A DNA stretch of 64,000 nucleotides, taken from contig OZ223267.1 of assembly GCA_965140585.1 (NCBI GenBank), forward strand, positions 256,001 through 320,000, written 5' to 3'. The notes under the pieces are model-generated. The model had not been told where the DNA came from. It was given only the letters and a program-made list of their open reading frames with translations, and searched no databases. Source of the stretch: Spirochaetia bacterium. Lineage in GTDB: Bacteria; Spirochaetota; Spirochaetia; UBA9216. The translations under genes and the position numbers were made by a program. The stretch's first letter is position 1. Every line of letters begins with the position of its first letter. Shown here piece after piece: positions 31,655 to 40,888 of the stretch.

Positions 31655-31731
31655 AAAAGTAGAACTTTTTTATTCTTCCAGGGAGTTTTAATTTTTTACA
31701 TAAAAAATTAAAACGTCCATGGAGAAGAATA
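31645..31731. repeat. compound palindromic element across the fliH stop / fliH-fliI spacer
   Basis: Perfect 16-bp IR 31645-31660/31664-31679; perfect 14-bp IR 31685-31698/31701-31714; direct repeat GAAGAATA at 31646 and 31724. Confidence 0.85.
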
Positions 31732-31780
31732 GTAAGGATATAGACGGATATAGTTAACACTTTTCCTGGGAGGGGAGAAA

Positions 31781-33166
31781 GTGAAGATGTTTGATAAATA
31801 CAGCATGATACTTAACAGGACCGATCCTATTAAGTATACCGGTGTTGTTGAAAGAGTTACAGGACTTCTCATCGAAAGCAGCGGTCCTCAGGTTGTGCTG
31901 GGGGAGCTGTGTCAGATATTAATACCGGGGCTTGATTCTCCGGTTAAGGCTGAAGTCGTCGGATTCAATGGAACTACAGTACAGCTCATGCCCTACGGCG
32001 AAATTGACGGGATAGAACCCGGTTGTGTAGTTGTAGCTTCAGGAAAAACTCTTGAAGTTCCCGTATCCGAAAATATGCTCGGACGGGTTATAGACAGCCT
32101 TGGTCATCCTCTGGACGAACGCGGGTCCTATGGAGCCGATACCTGGTACAATGCGACGGCCAACTCACCAAATGCAATGAAGCGGAAAGTCATAAAAGAG
32201 CGGATTGTTACCGGTGTGCGTGCAATTGATTTTATGACTCCTGCAGGCAAGGGCCAGCGAATCGGTATATTTTCGGGTTCAGGTGTCGGCAAATCGACAC
32301 TTCTGGGAATGATTGCCCGAAATACAAACGCCGATGTAAACGTCATTGCCCTGATCGGTGAACGAGGCAGGGAAGTGCGTGAGTTCATAGAACGTGATCT
32401 GGGCCCTGAGGGAATGAAAAAAACCGTACTTGTCGTCTCCACTTCGGATACTCCTCCTCTTTCAAGACTTAGGGGTGCATATACAGCTACAACAATTGCA
32501 GAATATTTCAGGGACAAGGGCCTTGATGTGATGCTTCTTTTTGATTCAGTTACCCGTTTTGCCCGTGCACAGCGCGAAATTGGTCTTGCTTCCGGCGAAC
32601 CTCCTGCAAACAGGGGTTTTCCGCCGTCGGTTTTTGAACGGCTGCCCAAGCTGCTTGAGCGATGCGGAACCTCTGATAAGGGAACTATAACCGGATTTTA
32701 TACGATTCTCGTAGAAGGCGATGACATGGATGAACCGGTTGCCGACAACGTAAGAGGAATACTCGACGGGCATATCATACTTGACCGGGGACTTGCACAG
32801 AAATATCACTATCCGGCCATCGATGTCCTGAGTTCTGTTTCAAGGCTTTCTACAGTTGTTGCACAGAAGGATGAGCAGCAGGCTGCAGGCCGTATGAGGC
32901 GGCTTCTCGCCGAGTACAGGTCCGCCGAGGACCTTATCAGTGTAGGCGCTTATGCGAGCGGTTCAAACCCGGTTATCGATGAAGCTATAGACAAAATGGA
33001 ATACATCAACGGATTTCTGAGGCAGGAAATTGATGAGCAGGCGCATATAGTGCAGACTTTGAATCTGGCCTCCGCTATCACTGAAATGGATATCGATACC
33101 TCAGTCTACGAATCTAAGGCAGAACAGAATGCAGAAGAGGGAGCAGCTTTAAGTGAAAAGGTTTAA
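31781..33166 (+). CDS. fliI: flagellar export ATPase FliI
   Basis: SGSGVGKS Walker A, IGERGREV, DSVTRFA, LDGHI. Confidence 0.97.
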   Translation: MKMFDKYSMILNRTDPIKYTGVVERVTGLLIESSGPQVVLGELCQILIPGLDSPVKAEVVGFNGTTVQLMPYGEIDGIEPGCVVVASGKTLEVPVSENMLGRVIDSLGHPLDERGSYGADTWYNATANSPNAMKRKVIKERIVTGVRAIDFMTPAGKGQRIGIFSGSGVGKSTLLGMIARNTNADVNVIALIGERGREVREFIERDLGPEGMKKTVLVVSTSDTPPLSRLRGAYTATTIAEYFRDKGLDVMLLFDSVTRFARAQREIGLASGEPPANRGFPPSVFERLPKLLERCGTSDKGTITGFYTILVEGDDMDEPVADNVRGILDGHIILDRGLAQKYHYPAIDVLSSVSRLSTVVAQKDEQQAAGRMRRLLAEYRSAEDLISVGAYASGSNPVIDEAIDKMEYINGFLRQEIDEQAHIVQTLNLASAITEMDIDTSVYESKAEQNAEEGAALSEKV

Positions 33167-33593
33167 GTTTAACCTTGAGCGGCTTCTTAAGATTCGGGAA
33201 CATGAGGAGCATGAATGGGAAATAAAGCTTGGGAAAGCTGTCTCGGAGTGTGTGAGAATACAAACCGAGATAGAGCGCCGGCAGTCCGAGATAAGTAAAA
33301 CACTGCTAACGCGCGGCAGTATAAATAACCGAGAGGAAGAGCTGCTTGTTATGGAATTCTATAAGCACAGGATGAATAAGGAAGCCGGTGAGCTTCGGAA
33401 TAAACTAGTCCGGGCAGAGAAGGAAAGGGACAAGGTTAAGGCCGATTTTCTGGAAGTCTCAAAGAACAGGAAAATTCTCACAAAGCTTAAGGAAAAGCGT
33501 GAGAAGGAATACTACAAACAGCAGCTCAAGCAGGAATTTAATAATACTGATGAGATTAATAACAGCCGCGCAGCCGGGCACTATGGCCGTTAG
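33153..33593 (+). CDS. fliJ: flagellar export protein FliJ
   Basis: F.FNLERLL.IRE, coiled coil, after fliI. Confidence 0.9.
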   Translation: MKRFKFNLERLLKIREHEEHEWEIKLGKAVSECVRIQTEIERRQSEISKTLLTRGSINNREEELLVMEFYKHRMNKEAGELRNKLVRAEKERDKVKADFLEVSKNRKILTKLKEKREKEYYKQQLKQEFNNTDEINNSRAAGHYGR

Positions 33594-33602
33594 GAGGAAA
33601 AA

Positions 33603-34232
33603 GTGGCAAAGATATCAGCCGTAAAAACAGGTTCAAGGGTGGTTGCCCTTATTCTTCTCATACTCATTTTGGTGCTCGGAGGATTTGTATGGTTTGACTT
33701 TCTCGGGCTGATAAATGCGAAAGAACTTGCTTCTCCTCTGCTTCAGAGAGTGGGTATTAATCTCGGCATACCCGATCCGGTGGAAAATGTGGAAGACACA
33801 ATGCTGCTTGAAAAGGAACGCCTCGATAAACTGGAACAGGCTCTCGATTTAAGGGAAAGTGAACTCGATAAACGCGAGGAAGAGATAAAAACCTCTGAAG
33901 ATGAGATAAAACAGATGCTGGATTCCATAAAAGAAAGGGAAACAGCTTTCGAAGAACAGGAAAAATCATTTAACGATCGTTTAAAAGCGTACGACAATAG
34001 AAATACGAACCTTAGGCAGGCAGCGGAGTATTTTGTAGGAATGCCCCCTCAGGATGCTGTCAATATGTTCCTGGAGATGGATGATCAGGATGTAATTGAC
34101 ATTATGAGGGCGCATCAGACAATCAGTGATGAGGCAGGTACCGCATCAATGGTTTCCTACTGGCTATCTCTTATGCCTTCCGATAGGGCGGCAGCTCTCA
34201 ACAGGAAGATGTTGAAGAAACCTGAGAGCTAA
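33603..34232 (+). CDS. flbB: periplasmic flagellar collar protein FlbB (MotE/YlxF family)
   Basis: TM ending GG.VWFDFLG, coiled coil, GMPPQDAV, SMVSYWLSLMP..RAA. Confidence 0.85.
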   Translation: MAKISAVKTGSRVVALILLILILVLGGFVWFDFLGLINAKELASPLLQRVGINLGIPDPVENVEDTMLLEKERLDKLEQALDLRESELDKREEEIKTSEDEIKQMLDSIKERETAFEEQEKSFNDRLKAYDNRNTNLRQAAEYFVGMPPQDAVNMFLEMDDQDVIDIMRAHQTISDEAGTASMVSYWLSLMPSDRAAALNRKMLKKPES

Positions 34233-34249
34233 TAAAATGTTGGAGGGTG

Positions 34250-35641
34250 ATGTTGATTTCAGCACCTGTACAATTTAATCCGGTAGAAACAGACGCCGGG
34301 TTTGGTACGCTTAAATCCGGGCGAAATGAACAGAATGAAAAACCTGCAGATGAATTCAGCAGGGTATTTGATACTGTTTCTGAAAAAAGTAAGAGTAAAC
34401 CGCCCGGCCGGGAAGCAGAAGCGGCGGAGAATGCTGCAGACAGAGAGGCAGATACCCTGGCTCCGAAGGAAGAAGCTGGAAAATCCGTTAAGGATATGAA
34501 GGCTGAAAAGGACGGGGCGGAAAAAAACGGTACTGCTGTCAGTAATAAAAAGACGGAAAATAAATCAGAGAAGGCAGATTCAGAAAAAAAAGAATCGGAG
34601 AGAAAAAAGGTAAAGGCTTCCGACAGGAAGACTTCAGACGCTGACGAGAATCTCGCCGTTCTTTTTTCAGGAAAACAGATTCTTAAGACGGAAGAAATGA
34701 AAAAATCATCTGCAGAATTTGTCTCCCGCGGCAGCGTCGCCAAAGGCGGTCTTAAAATCTGGACCGGCGAAGAATCAGTTAAAGCTCAGCTTGATGCTAT
34801 GCAAAAGGATTCTGTAAAAACTTCCGCTTCCGAACAGGTCCTTCAGTTTGTTAACTCCGATAAGTCGGATAATGAAAGGACTGATAAAAAAAGCAGAATA
34901 AAAATCGATGCTGATGAACTGAAAACAGCTGCCGGGAAAAAGCCGGGAGTAAATCCATTATCTGCAGTGGCCGCTTCTGATGCAAAAGATTCAAAGCTTA
35001 AAAAGATCGGCGGCGGTGAAGATAAGGCGAAAATCCGAATAACCGATCACCGTAAGAATCACGATACAGCTAAACAGGTCTCTGCTGAAAAGAACAGTTT
35101 TACTGAAAAGATTGATGCACAGGAAGTCAAGACTGATTCCGCAAAGGCTGTAATTGAGCTGAACGCCGAGACAGCAGATAAAAGTACTTCTTCCGGTCCG
35201 GCTTCAGTGAAGTCCAGGGCAGAAACAGTACTCACTCAGCTTAAGGAAGGCGTTAATGCGCAGATTGTAAAACAGGCCGGAATTATTGTGAAAGAGAACG
35301 GGACAGGCGAAATCAAGCTTGTTATGAAGCCCGAAAGCCTTGGAAAGGTAAGAATCCAGCTTTCTCTGAACGATAATCATATAGGCGGCCGAATAATTGT
35401 CGAAAATAATACAGTAAGGCAGATTTTTGAGAGCAATCTTGAAAACCTTTACAAAGCATTCGGAACCGAAGGATTTGAAGCGGGAGCTCTTGAAGTTACA
35501 GTCGAAGGTGACGGTTCTTCAGACAGCCGGCAGTCCTCGGGAAAAGGCTCAGGCCGGCGGATTGTTCAGATGATAGAGGACAGTATTCCGGATGCGGGAA
35601 TCGACAGCTGGCAGGATAATCTTGTCAACCTTGTAGTTTGA
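34250..35641 (+). CDS. fliK: flagellar hook-length control protein FliK
   Basis: Charged low-complexity N-terminus; C-terminal MKPESLGKVRIQL domain; precedes flgD. Confidence 0.88.
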   Translation: MLISAPVQFNPVETDAGFGTLKSGRNEQNEKPADEFSRVFDTVSEKSKSKPPGREAEAAENAADREADTLAPKEEAGKSVKDMKAEKDGAEKNGTAVSNKKTENKSEKADSEKKESERKKVKASDRKTSDADENLAVLFSGKQILKTEEMKKSSAEFVSRGSVAKGGLKIWTGEESVKAQLDAMQKDSVKTSASEQVLQFVNSDKSDNERTDKKSRIKIDADELKTAAGKKPGVNPLSAVAASDAKDSKLKKIGGGEDKAKIRITDHRKNHDTAKQVSAEKNSFTEKIDAQEVKTDSAKAVIELNAETADKSTSSGPASVKSRAETVLTQLKEGVNAQIVKQAGIIVKENGTGEIKLVMKPESLGKVRIQLSLNDNHIGGRIIVENNTVRQIFESNLENLYKAFGTEGFEAGALEVTVEGDGSSDSRQSSGKGSGRRIVQMIEDSIPDAGIDSWQDNLVNLVV

Positions 35642-35656
35642 GTAAGGAGAAACTGA

Positions 35657-36088
35657 ATGGATTTTTCAGCAACAATGTCCACACAGGACAAGGCTGTTTC
35701 AGAAGCAATGGTCAACAGCCTTAATGCAGTACTTAAAACAGAGGGCGTTAAGCAGAACTCTCTCGGAAGAGATGATTTTCTGAAAATACTTATCACCCAG
35801 CTTTCCTATCAGGATCCTACTGCTCCCATGGAAGACAAGGAATTTATCTCACAGATGGCACAGTTTTCAAGTCTTGAACAGATGACAAATATGAGTCAGG
35901 AGTTTTCCAAGCTTTCAGGATTTCTTAACAGGAACAGCGCAATAGGACTTATTGGACGGAACGTGACAATAGGTTCAGGAGAAAACACCATTAACGGTCT
36001 TGTTGAAGAAGTGACCGGTAATGAATATCCGCAGGTACTGGTAAACGGGAAATATTATGATTTCGATGACATACAGAGTGTAAGGTAA
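35657..36088 (+). CDS. flgD: flagellar hook assembly protein FlgD
   Basis: DFLKILITQL..QDPTAPM, QMAQFSSLEQ. Confidence 0.96.
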   Translation: MDFSATMSTQDKAVSEAMVNSLNAVLKTEGVKQNSLGRDDFLKILITQLSYQDPTAPMEDKEFISQMAQFSSLEQMTNMSQEFSKLSGFLNRNSAIGLIGRNVTIGSGENTINGLVEEVTGNEYPQVLVNGKYYDFDDIQSVR

Positions 36089-36103
36089 GGGGGAAGCAGC
36101 TAT

Positions 36104-37492
36104 ATGATGCGTTCATTATATTCCGGTGTATCCGGACTTCAGAATCATCAGGTTCGAATGGATGTAATTGGTAACAATATATCCAACATCAATACAACAG
36201 GTTTTAAGAAAGGCCGCGTTAATTTTCAGGATATGCTTTCGCAGAACATGCAGGGAGCTGCACGCCCGACCGAAGAACTCGGTGGAGTTAACCCTAAACA
36301 GGTTGGTCTTGGTATGACCGTCGCTTCAATCGACACAATTCATACCCAGGGTTCACTTCAGTCAACCGGTGTTACAACCGACCTTGCTGTACAGGGAAAC
36401 GGTTTCTTTGTAATGCGCGGAGGAGACAAGCAGTACTACACCAGAGCCGGAGCTTTCGGTGTCGATGAGGGCGGAAGCCTTGTTAATCCTTCAAACGGTA
36501 TGAGAGTGCAGGGCTGGATGGCCGAGACTGTAAACGGTGAAGCCTTTATCAATACAGCATCCGATGTTGGAGACCTTCTTATTCCGGTCGGCGGAAAAGA
36601 CCCGGCAGCTGCCACTACCGAAGTCAACCTTGCCTGTAATCTCGATAAACGGCTGGAGGTTATACCTGAAGGCGCTGGAGATGAAACAATCCGCAGAAAC
36701 ACATGGACTATCGACAAGGATATCTATGACAACTTCGGAAACGTTCACAGGATGAGAGTAAGCTTTACAAAGATCGACGGTACACAGAACAGCTGGCAGG
36801 CTAATGTTGCAATTGATCCGGATGATGAGACCGGAACCAACACTGCAATTGAGATCGGTGCAGAAAATAACGCCACAAACACTTTTACAGTTAACTTCAG
36901 CAATCTCGGAACACTGAAATCTGTAACCGATGCCCAGGGCGATATCCTTGATGCTGATGAACTTAACGTAGCAGTTTCATTTGATGTTCTGGGTGCAACC
37001 GAGCAGGAAGCCGGTATTCCTGTCAGGCAGACTTTCAACCTTAACCTCGGTGAAGCAGGAAGCGTAGTAAACACCGTTACCCAGTTTGCAGAAACAAGTT
37101 CTACCAAGGCTTTCAAGCAGAACGGTTACGGAATGGGATACCTTGAAAACTTCAAGATTGACCAGAGCGGTGTTATTACCGGTGTTTATTCAAACGGAAC
37201 AAACAGAGTCCTTGGACAGGTTGCTCTTGCAACTTTTACAAACCAGGGAGGTCTTGAGAAAGCCGGTGAAACAACCTTTGTTGTAACCAATAACTCAGGT
37301 GACCCAAATATCGGACCTGTAGGTGTTGCCGGTAAGGGTAAGATAATTGCAGGTGCCCTTGAAATGAGTAATGTTGATTTGGCTGAGCAGTTTACAGACA
37401 TGATTGTAACACAGAGGGGTTTTCAGGCTAACTCTAAAACCATAACAACCTCCGACACCATGCTTCAGGAACTGCTGAACCTTAAGAGATAA
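36104..37492 (+). CDS. flgE: flagellar hook protein FlgE (spirochaete type)
   Basis: [40 protein letters not shown]. Confidence 0.98.
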   Translation: MMRSLYSGVSGLQNHQVRMDVIGNNISNINTTGFKKGRVNFQDMLSQNMQGAARPTEELGGVNPKQVGLGMTVASIDTIHTQGSLQSTGVTTDLAVQGNGFFVMRGGDKQYYTRAGAFGVDEGGSLVNPSNGMRVQGWMAETVNGEAFINTASDVGDLLIPVGGKDPAAATTEVNLACNLDKRLEVIPEGAGDETIRRNTWTIDKDIYDNFGNVHRMRVSFTKIDGTQNSWQANVAIDPDDETGTNTAIEIGAENNATNTFTVNFSNLGTLKSVTDAQGDILDADELNVAVSFDVLGATEQEAGIPVRQTFNLNLGEAGSVVNTVTQFAETSSTKAFKQNGYGMGYLENFKIDQSGVITGVYSNGTNRVLGQVALATFTNQGGLEKAGETTFVVTNNSGDPNIGPVGVAGKGKIIAGALEMSNVDLAEQFTDMIVTQRGFQANSKTITTSDTMLQELLNLKR

Positions 37493-37510
37493 GCGGATAG
37501 ACGGTAAGGT

Positions 37511-37708
37511 ATGATAGAAGTTACGAGACTTAACGGCGAGATTTTTTATGTGAACCCGCATCAGATTGAATACGTTACAGCATCGCCGGATGTTACACTT
37601 ATCATGCTTTCCGGTAAACGTCTGGTAATCCGGGAGGATTACCAGACTGTTTTTTCAAGAATTGTTGAATACAGAAGCCTTATCGGGGCTTTTAAGAACG
37701 AGGAGTAG
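37511..37708 (+). CDS. flbD: flagellar protein FlbD (SwrD family)
   Basis: MIEVTRLNG...NPHQIE....PD. Confidence 0.92.
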   Translation: MIEVTRLNGEIFYVNPHQIEYVTASPDVTLIMLSGKRLVIREDYQTVFSRIVEYRSLIGAFKNEE

Positions 37709-37714
37709 ATGTAG

Positions 37715-38497
37715 ATGGATCTAGCTACAGTAGTAGGATTTGCCCTTGGCATGGGAATGATAATTTGGTCGATTCTTGGCACTGGTGTATCCATGTCAAA
37801 CTTTATAGATGTCGGCTCCTTCGCAATGGTTCTCGGAGGTTCTTTCGCTGCTATCATGATTTCAAATCCGCTTCAGCGATTAATGAAACTCGGCGGTATC
37901 CTGAAGAACGTAATGAATGTAAATAACTTTGAAATTGAAAAGATTATTACAACACTGGTCCGTTTTTCAGAAAAGGCAAGGCGTGACGGTCTTCTGGCTC
38001 TTGAAGATGATCTTGAAGAGGTTGAAGATGAATTCATGAAAAAGGGAATTCAGCTTGTTGTCGACGGTACGGATCCTGAAATTATCAGCACCATGCTTTA
38101 CAGTGATCTGAACCAGCAGCAGGAGCGTCATTCAGCAGGTATTAAAATATTTGAAGACTGGGGCTCTCTTGCTCCGGCATTCGGAATGATCGGTACACTT
38201 GCCGGTCTTATCGGTATGTTGGCGAACCTTGATGACCCGGATTCAATCGGTTCAGGTATGGCACTTGCACTTATTACAACTATGTACGGTTCATTTTTTG
38301 CCAACCTTATTTTTATTCCGATAAAAAACAAGCTGGGTGACCGGGATGCTGAAGAGACCCTGGTGAAAGAAATACTTATTGAAGGTATTCTTTCCATCCA
38401 GTCGGGAGATAACCCCAGAATTCTTGAATCCAAACTTGTTTCCTTTCTGCCTCCTGAGAAGCGTGAGGCTGTTCTTTCTGAGATTAATGCGGAGTAA
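37715..38497 (+). CDS. motA: flagellar stator protein MotA
   Basis: ARRDGLLALE, APAFGMIGT, ALITT.YG, G.NPR. Confidence 0.96.
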   Translation: MDLATVVGFALGMGMIIWSILGTGVSMSNFIDVGSFAMVLGGSFAAIMISNPLQRLMKLGGILKNVMNVNNFEIEKIITTLVRFSEKARRDGLLALEDDLEEVEDEFMKKGIQLVVDGTDPEIISTMLYSDLNQQQERHSAGIKIFEDWGSLAPAFGMIGTLAGLIGMLANLDDPDSIGSGMALALITTMYGSFFANLIFIPIKNKLGDRDAEETLVKEILIEGILSIQSGDNPRILESKLVSFLPPEKREAVLSEINAE

Positions 38498-38507
38498 GGA
38501 GTTATAG

Positions 38508-39236
38508 ATGGCCAGACCTCCTAAAAAAGTCAAATGTCCTCCTGCCGGTGCTCCTGAATGGATGAATACCTACGGAGACATGGTTACTCTTCTTCTCTGC
38601 TTCTTTGTTATGCTTTTTACAACCGCAACAGTTGACGGGCACGAAATGAAGCTCGTCATTGCCGCATTCAGCGGACTTGGTCTTCTTGAAGGCGGTAATA
38701 CACTTGAAGCCGGTCATCTTGCCGAACTTGGCAATACAATTGAGTCTCTGCCGTCAATGCAGACAGGCCGAGCTCTTGACCAGGCAAGAAAAAAGGCTGT
38801 CAGTCAGTTTCAGTCAGAAATAAAATCGAACAAGGTTCGTGTAACCATTGATGAACGGGGGCTGATTATCAGCCTTGCGGCCGATTCCTTTTTTGAACCG
38901 GCCTCTTCTGAAATTGATATTGAAGCAGCCAGAGAAACCCTGCAGAAGGCTTCATCTCTCATAAACAGTCTTGAAGATGAGCGAAGATTCAGGATTGAAG
39001 GCCATACAGATTCCCTTCCGACGGATCCGGACGGGGAATGGCCGACAAACTGGGAATTATCTGCTGCAAGGTCTGCCAATGTTCTTCATTACATGGTAGA
39101 TTTCGGTGTTGATGAGAGTAAATTTCAGATAGCGGGTTTTGCTGATACAAAACCCTTAGCTGATAATTCTACGGCTGAGGGCCGTGCATACAACCGTCGG
39201 GTTGATATTGTAATACTTGCCGAGGGGCAATATTAA
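38508..39236 (+). CDS. motB: flagellar stator protein MotB
   Basis: W..TYGDMVTLLLCFFV TM, OmpA-like IEGHTD, NWELS.ARS, NRRVDI. Confidence 0.96.
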   Translation: MARPPKKVKCPPAGAPEWMNTYGDMVTLLLCFFVMLFTTATVDGHEMKLVIAAFSGLGLLEGGNTLEAGHLAELGNTIESLPSMQTGRALDQARKKAVSQFQSEIKSNKVRVTIDERGLIISLAADSFFEPASSEIDIEAARETLQKASSLINSLEDERRFRIEGHTDSLPTDPDGEWPTNWELSAARSANVLHYMVDFGVDESKFQIAGFADTKPLADNSTAEGRAYNRRVDIVILAEGQY

Positions 39237-39291
39237 GGCTTTTCACGGCAGAATTTTTCTGTTAGAATTTCCTTAATGAACAGGAGTAATT

Positions 39292-39840
39292 ATGGGTGAT
39301 GAAGATATCTATGCCGAAGAGGAAATATCCGGCGGTGATGAACTAGAGGTAGGAGAAAAATCGAGTGCCATAAAAGAACTTCTTCCCAAACTGCTCAAGT
39401 GGGTTGCAGTAGTACTTGTTGCAGTTATCTTTATAGTCACTGTTGTTTTCTTTACTATGAAAATTCTTATGCGGGGTACAACAAATCAGAGTGTGGCTGT
39501 TCAGTCTCCTGAATATGCAACCGAACCTCCGGTTCTCTGGTGGTATGCGCTTGATGAGATACGAACACGTACTGCAGATAAGAATCCTTCTACGGTAATC
39601 ATCAAGGCTAAACTAGGATATGAGTTTGAGAATGCCGATGTTCAGACCGACCTGATTCAGCGTTCCGAGATTATCTATGATGCAATGAGGCAGTTCCTCA
39701 GTTCCAAGACGGCGGCTGAACTGACTCCGCAGACGGAGATGCAGCTGAAGCAGGAAATGAAGGAAAAGATAAATAGACTGTTATCTGCTGGAAAGATTCA
39801 GGAGATAGTTTTTATGTCCTACAATATATTCCAGTATTAA
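39292..39840 (+). CDS. fliL: flagellar basal-body protein FliL
   Basis: Single TM, ...EKINRLL..GKIQEIVF; between motB and fliM. Confidence 0.88.
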   Translation: MGDEDIYAEEEISGGDELEVGEKSSAIKELLPKLLKWVAVVLVAVIFIVTVVFFTMKILMRGTTNQSVAVQSPEYATEPPVLWWYALDEIRTRTADKNPSTVIIKAKLGYEFENADVQTDLIQRSEIIYDAMRQFLSSKTAAELTPQTEMQLKQEMKEKINRLLSAGKIQEIVFMSYNIFQY

Positions 39841-39861
39841 AATAAGGCGGAAGAGAGTCTA

Positions 39862-40887
39862 ATGAACGAAGTTTTATCACAGGATGAAATAGACCAGTTA
39901 CTCACAGCTATTTCAACCGGAGATATTGAAACAGAAGAGGTTACCCAGGCCGCGGATCAGCGGAAAATCAAGATCTATGACTTCAAACGTCCGGACAAGT
40001 TTTCCAAGGATCAGATCCGAACAGTTTCAATTATGCATGAAACTTTCGCCCGTTTGACCACAACTGCTTTATCCGCACAGTTGAGAAGTCTTGTGCATGT
40101 ACATGTAGCTTCTGTAGACCAGCTTACATATGAAGAATTTATAAGATCAATTCCGAACCCTACAACACTCGGAATCATAAATATGGATCCTCTGAAGGGT
40201 TCTGCTGTGCTTGAGATAGACCCTGCAATCACTTACTCAATAATTGACCGCCAGTTCGGAGGGCAGGGTGAGGGCACCAAGATATCCAGAGACCTGTCTG
40301 ATATAGAACAGGCGGTTATGGAAGGTATTATCGTCCGAATCCTTGGAAATCTGAGGGAAGCGTGGAGCCAGGTAATCGATCTTCGGCCGAGGCTTGGTCA
40401 GATTGAAACCAATCCGCAGTTTGCGCAGATAGTACCTCCGACCGAAATGGTTATTCTCGTAACACTTGAAACAAAAGTAGGTGAAGTGGAAGGCATGATG
40501 AACTTCTGTATTCCCTATCTTACCATAGAACCCATCATTTCAAAACTTTCAGCCCAGTATATGTATTCTTCAGTACGAAGCGGAGCCACTACTGAGAACC
40601 TGAATATACTGAAAGAACGACTTGCCGCTATAGAAATTCCTATAATGGCCGAAATAGGTATTATGGAGCTGATGATGCGCGATGTGCTTTCGCTTCGCAG
40701 GGGAGATATAATCAGACTTCCCAATACGCGCATCACCGATGAAATGGTGCTCAAGGTTGGTAATAAAGCAAAATTCATGTGCCGTCCGGGTGTGGTCGGA
40801 AAGAAGGTTGCGGTTCAGATTACCGACAGGCTTGAGGATATTGAAAAAGATGAGTTCGAAGAACTCATAGCTGAAGGAGAGGAATAG
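39862..40887 (+). CDS. fliM: flagellar motor switch protein FliM
   Basis: LSQDEIDQLL, YDFKRPDKFSKDQ, GG.G. Confidence 0.98.
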   Translation: MNEVLSQDEIDQLLTAISTGDIETEEVTQAADQRKIKIYDFKRPDKFSKDQIRTVSIMHETFARLTTTALSAQLRSLVHVHVASVDQLTYEEFIRSIPNPTTLGIINMDPLKGSAVLEIDPAITYSIIDRQFGGQGEGTKISRDLSDIEQAVMEGIIVRILGNLREAWSQVIDLRPRLGQIETNPQFAQIVPPTEMVILVTLETKVGEVEGMMNFCIPYLTIEPIISKLSAQYMYSSVRSGATTENLNILKERLAAIEIPIMAEIGIMELMMRDVLSLRRGDIIRLPNTRITDEMVLKVGNKAKFMCRPGVVGKKVAVQITDRLEDIEKDEFEELIAEGEE

Positions 40888-40888
40888 G

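Noticed and set aside
34179-34186. TCCGATAG upstream of fliK as a sigma28 -10 box
   Set aside because: No TAAA-like -35 at the right distance; lies within flbB coding sequence
39840-39847. AAATAAGG in the fliM leader complementary to CCTTATTT (56160-56167) of the candidate sRNA
   Set aside because: Only 8 nt and AT-rich; expected by chance in 64 kb, so not evidence on its own
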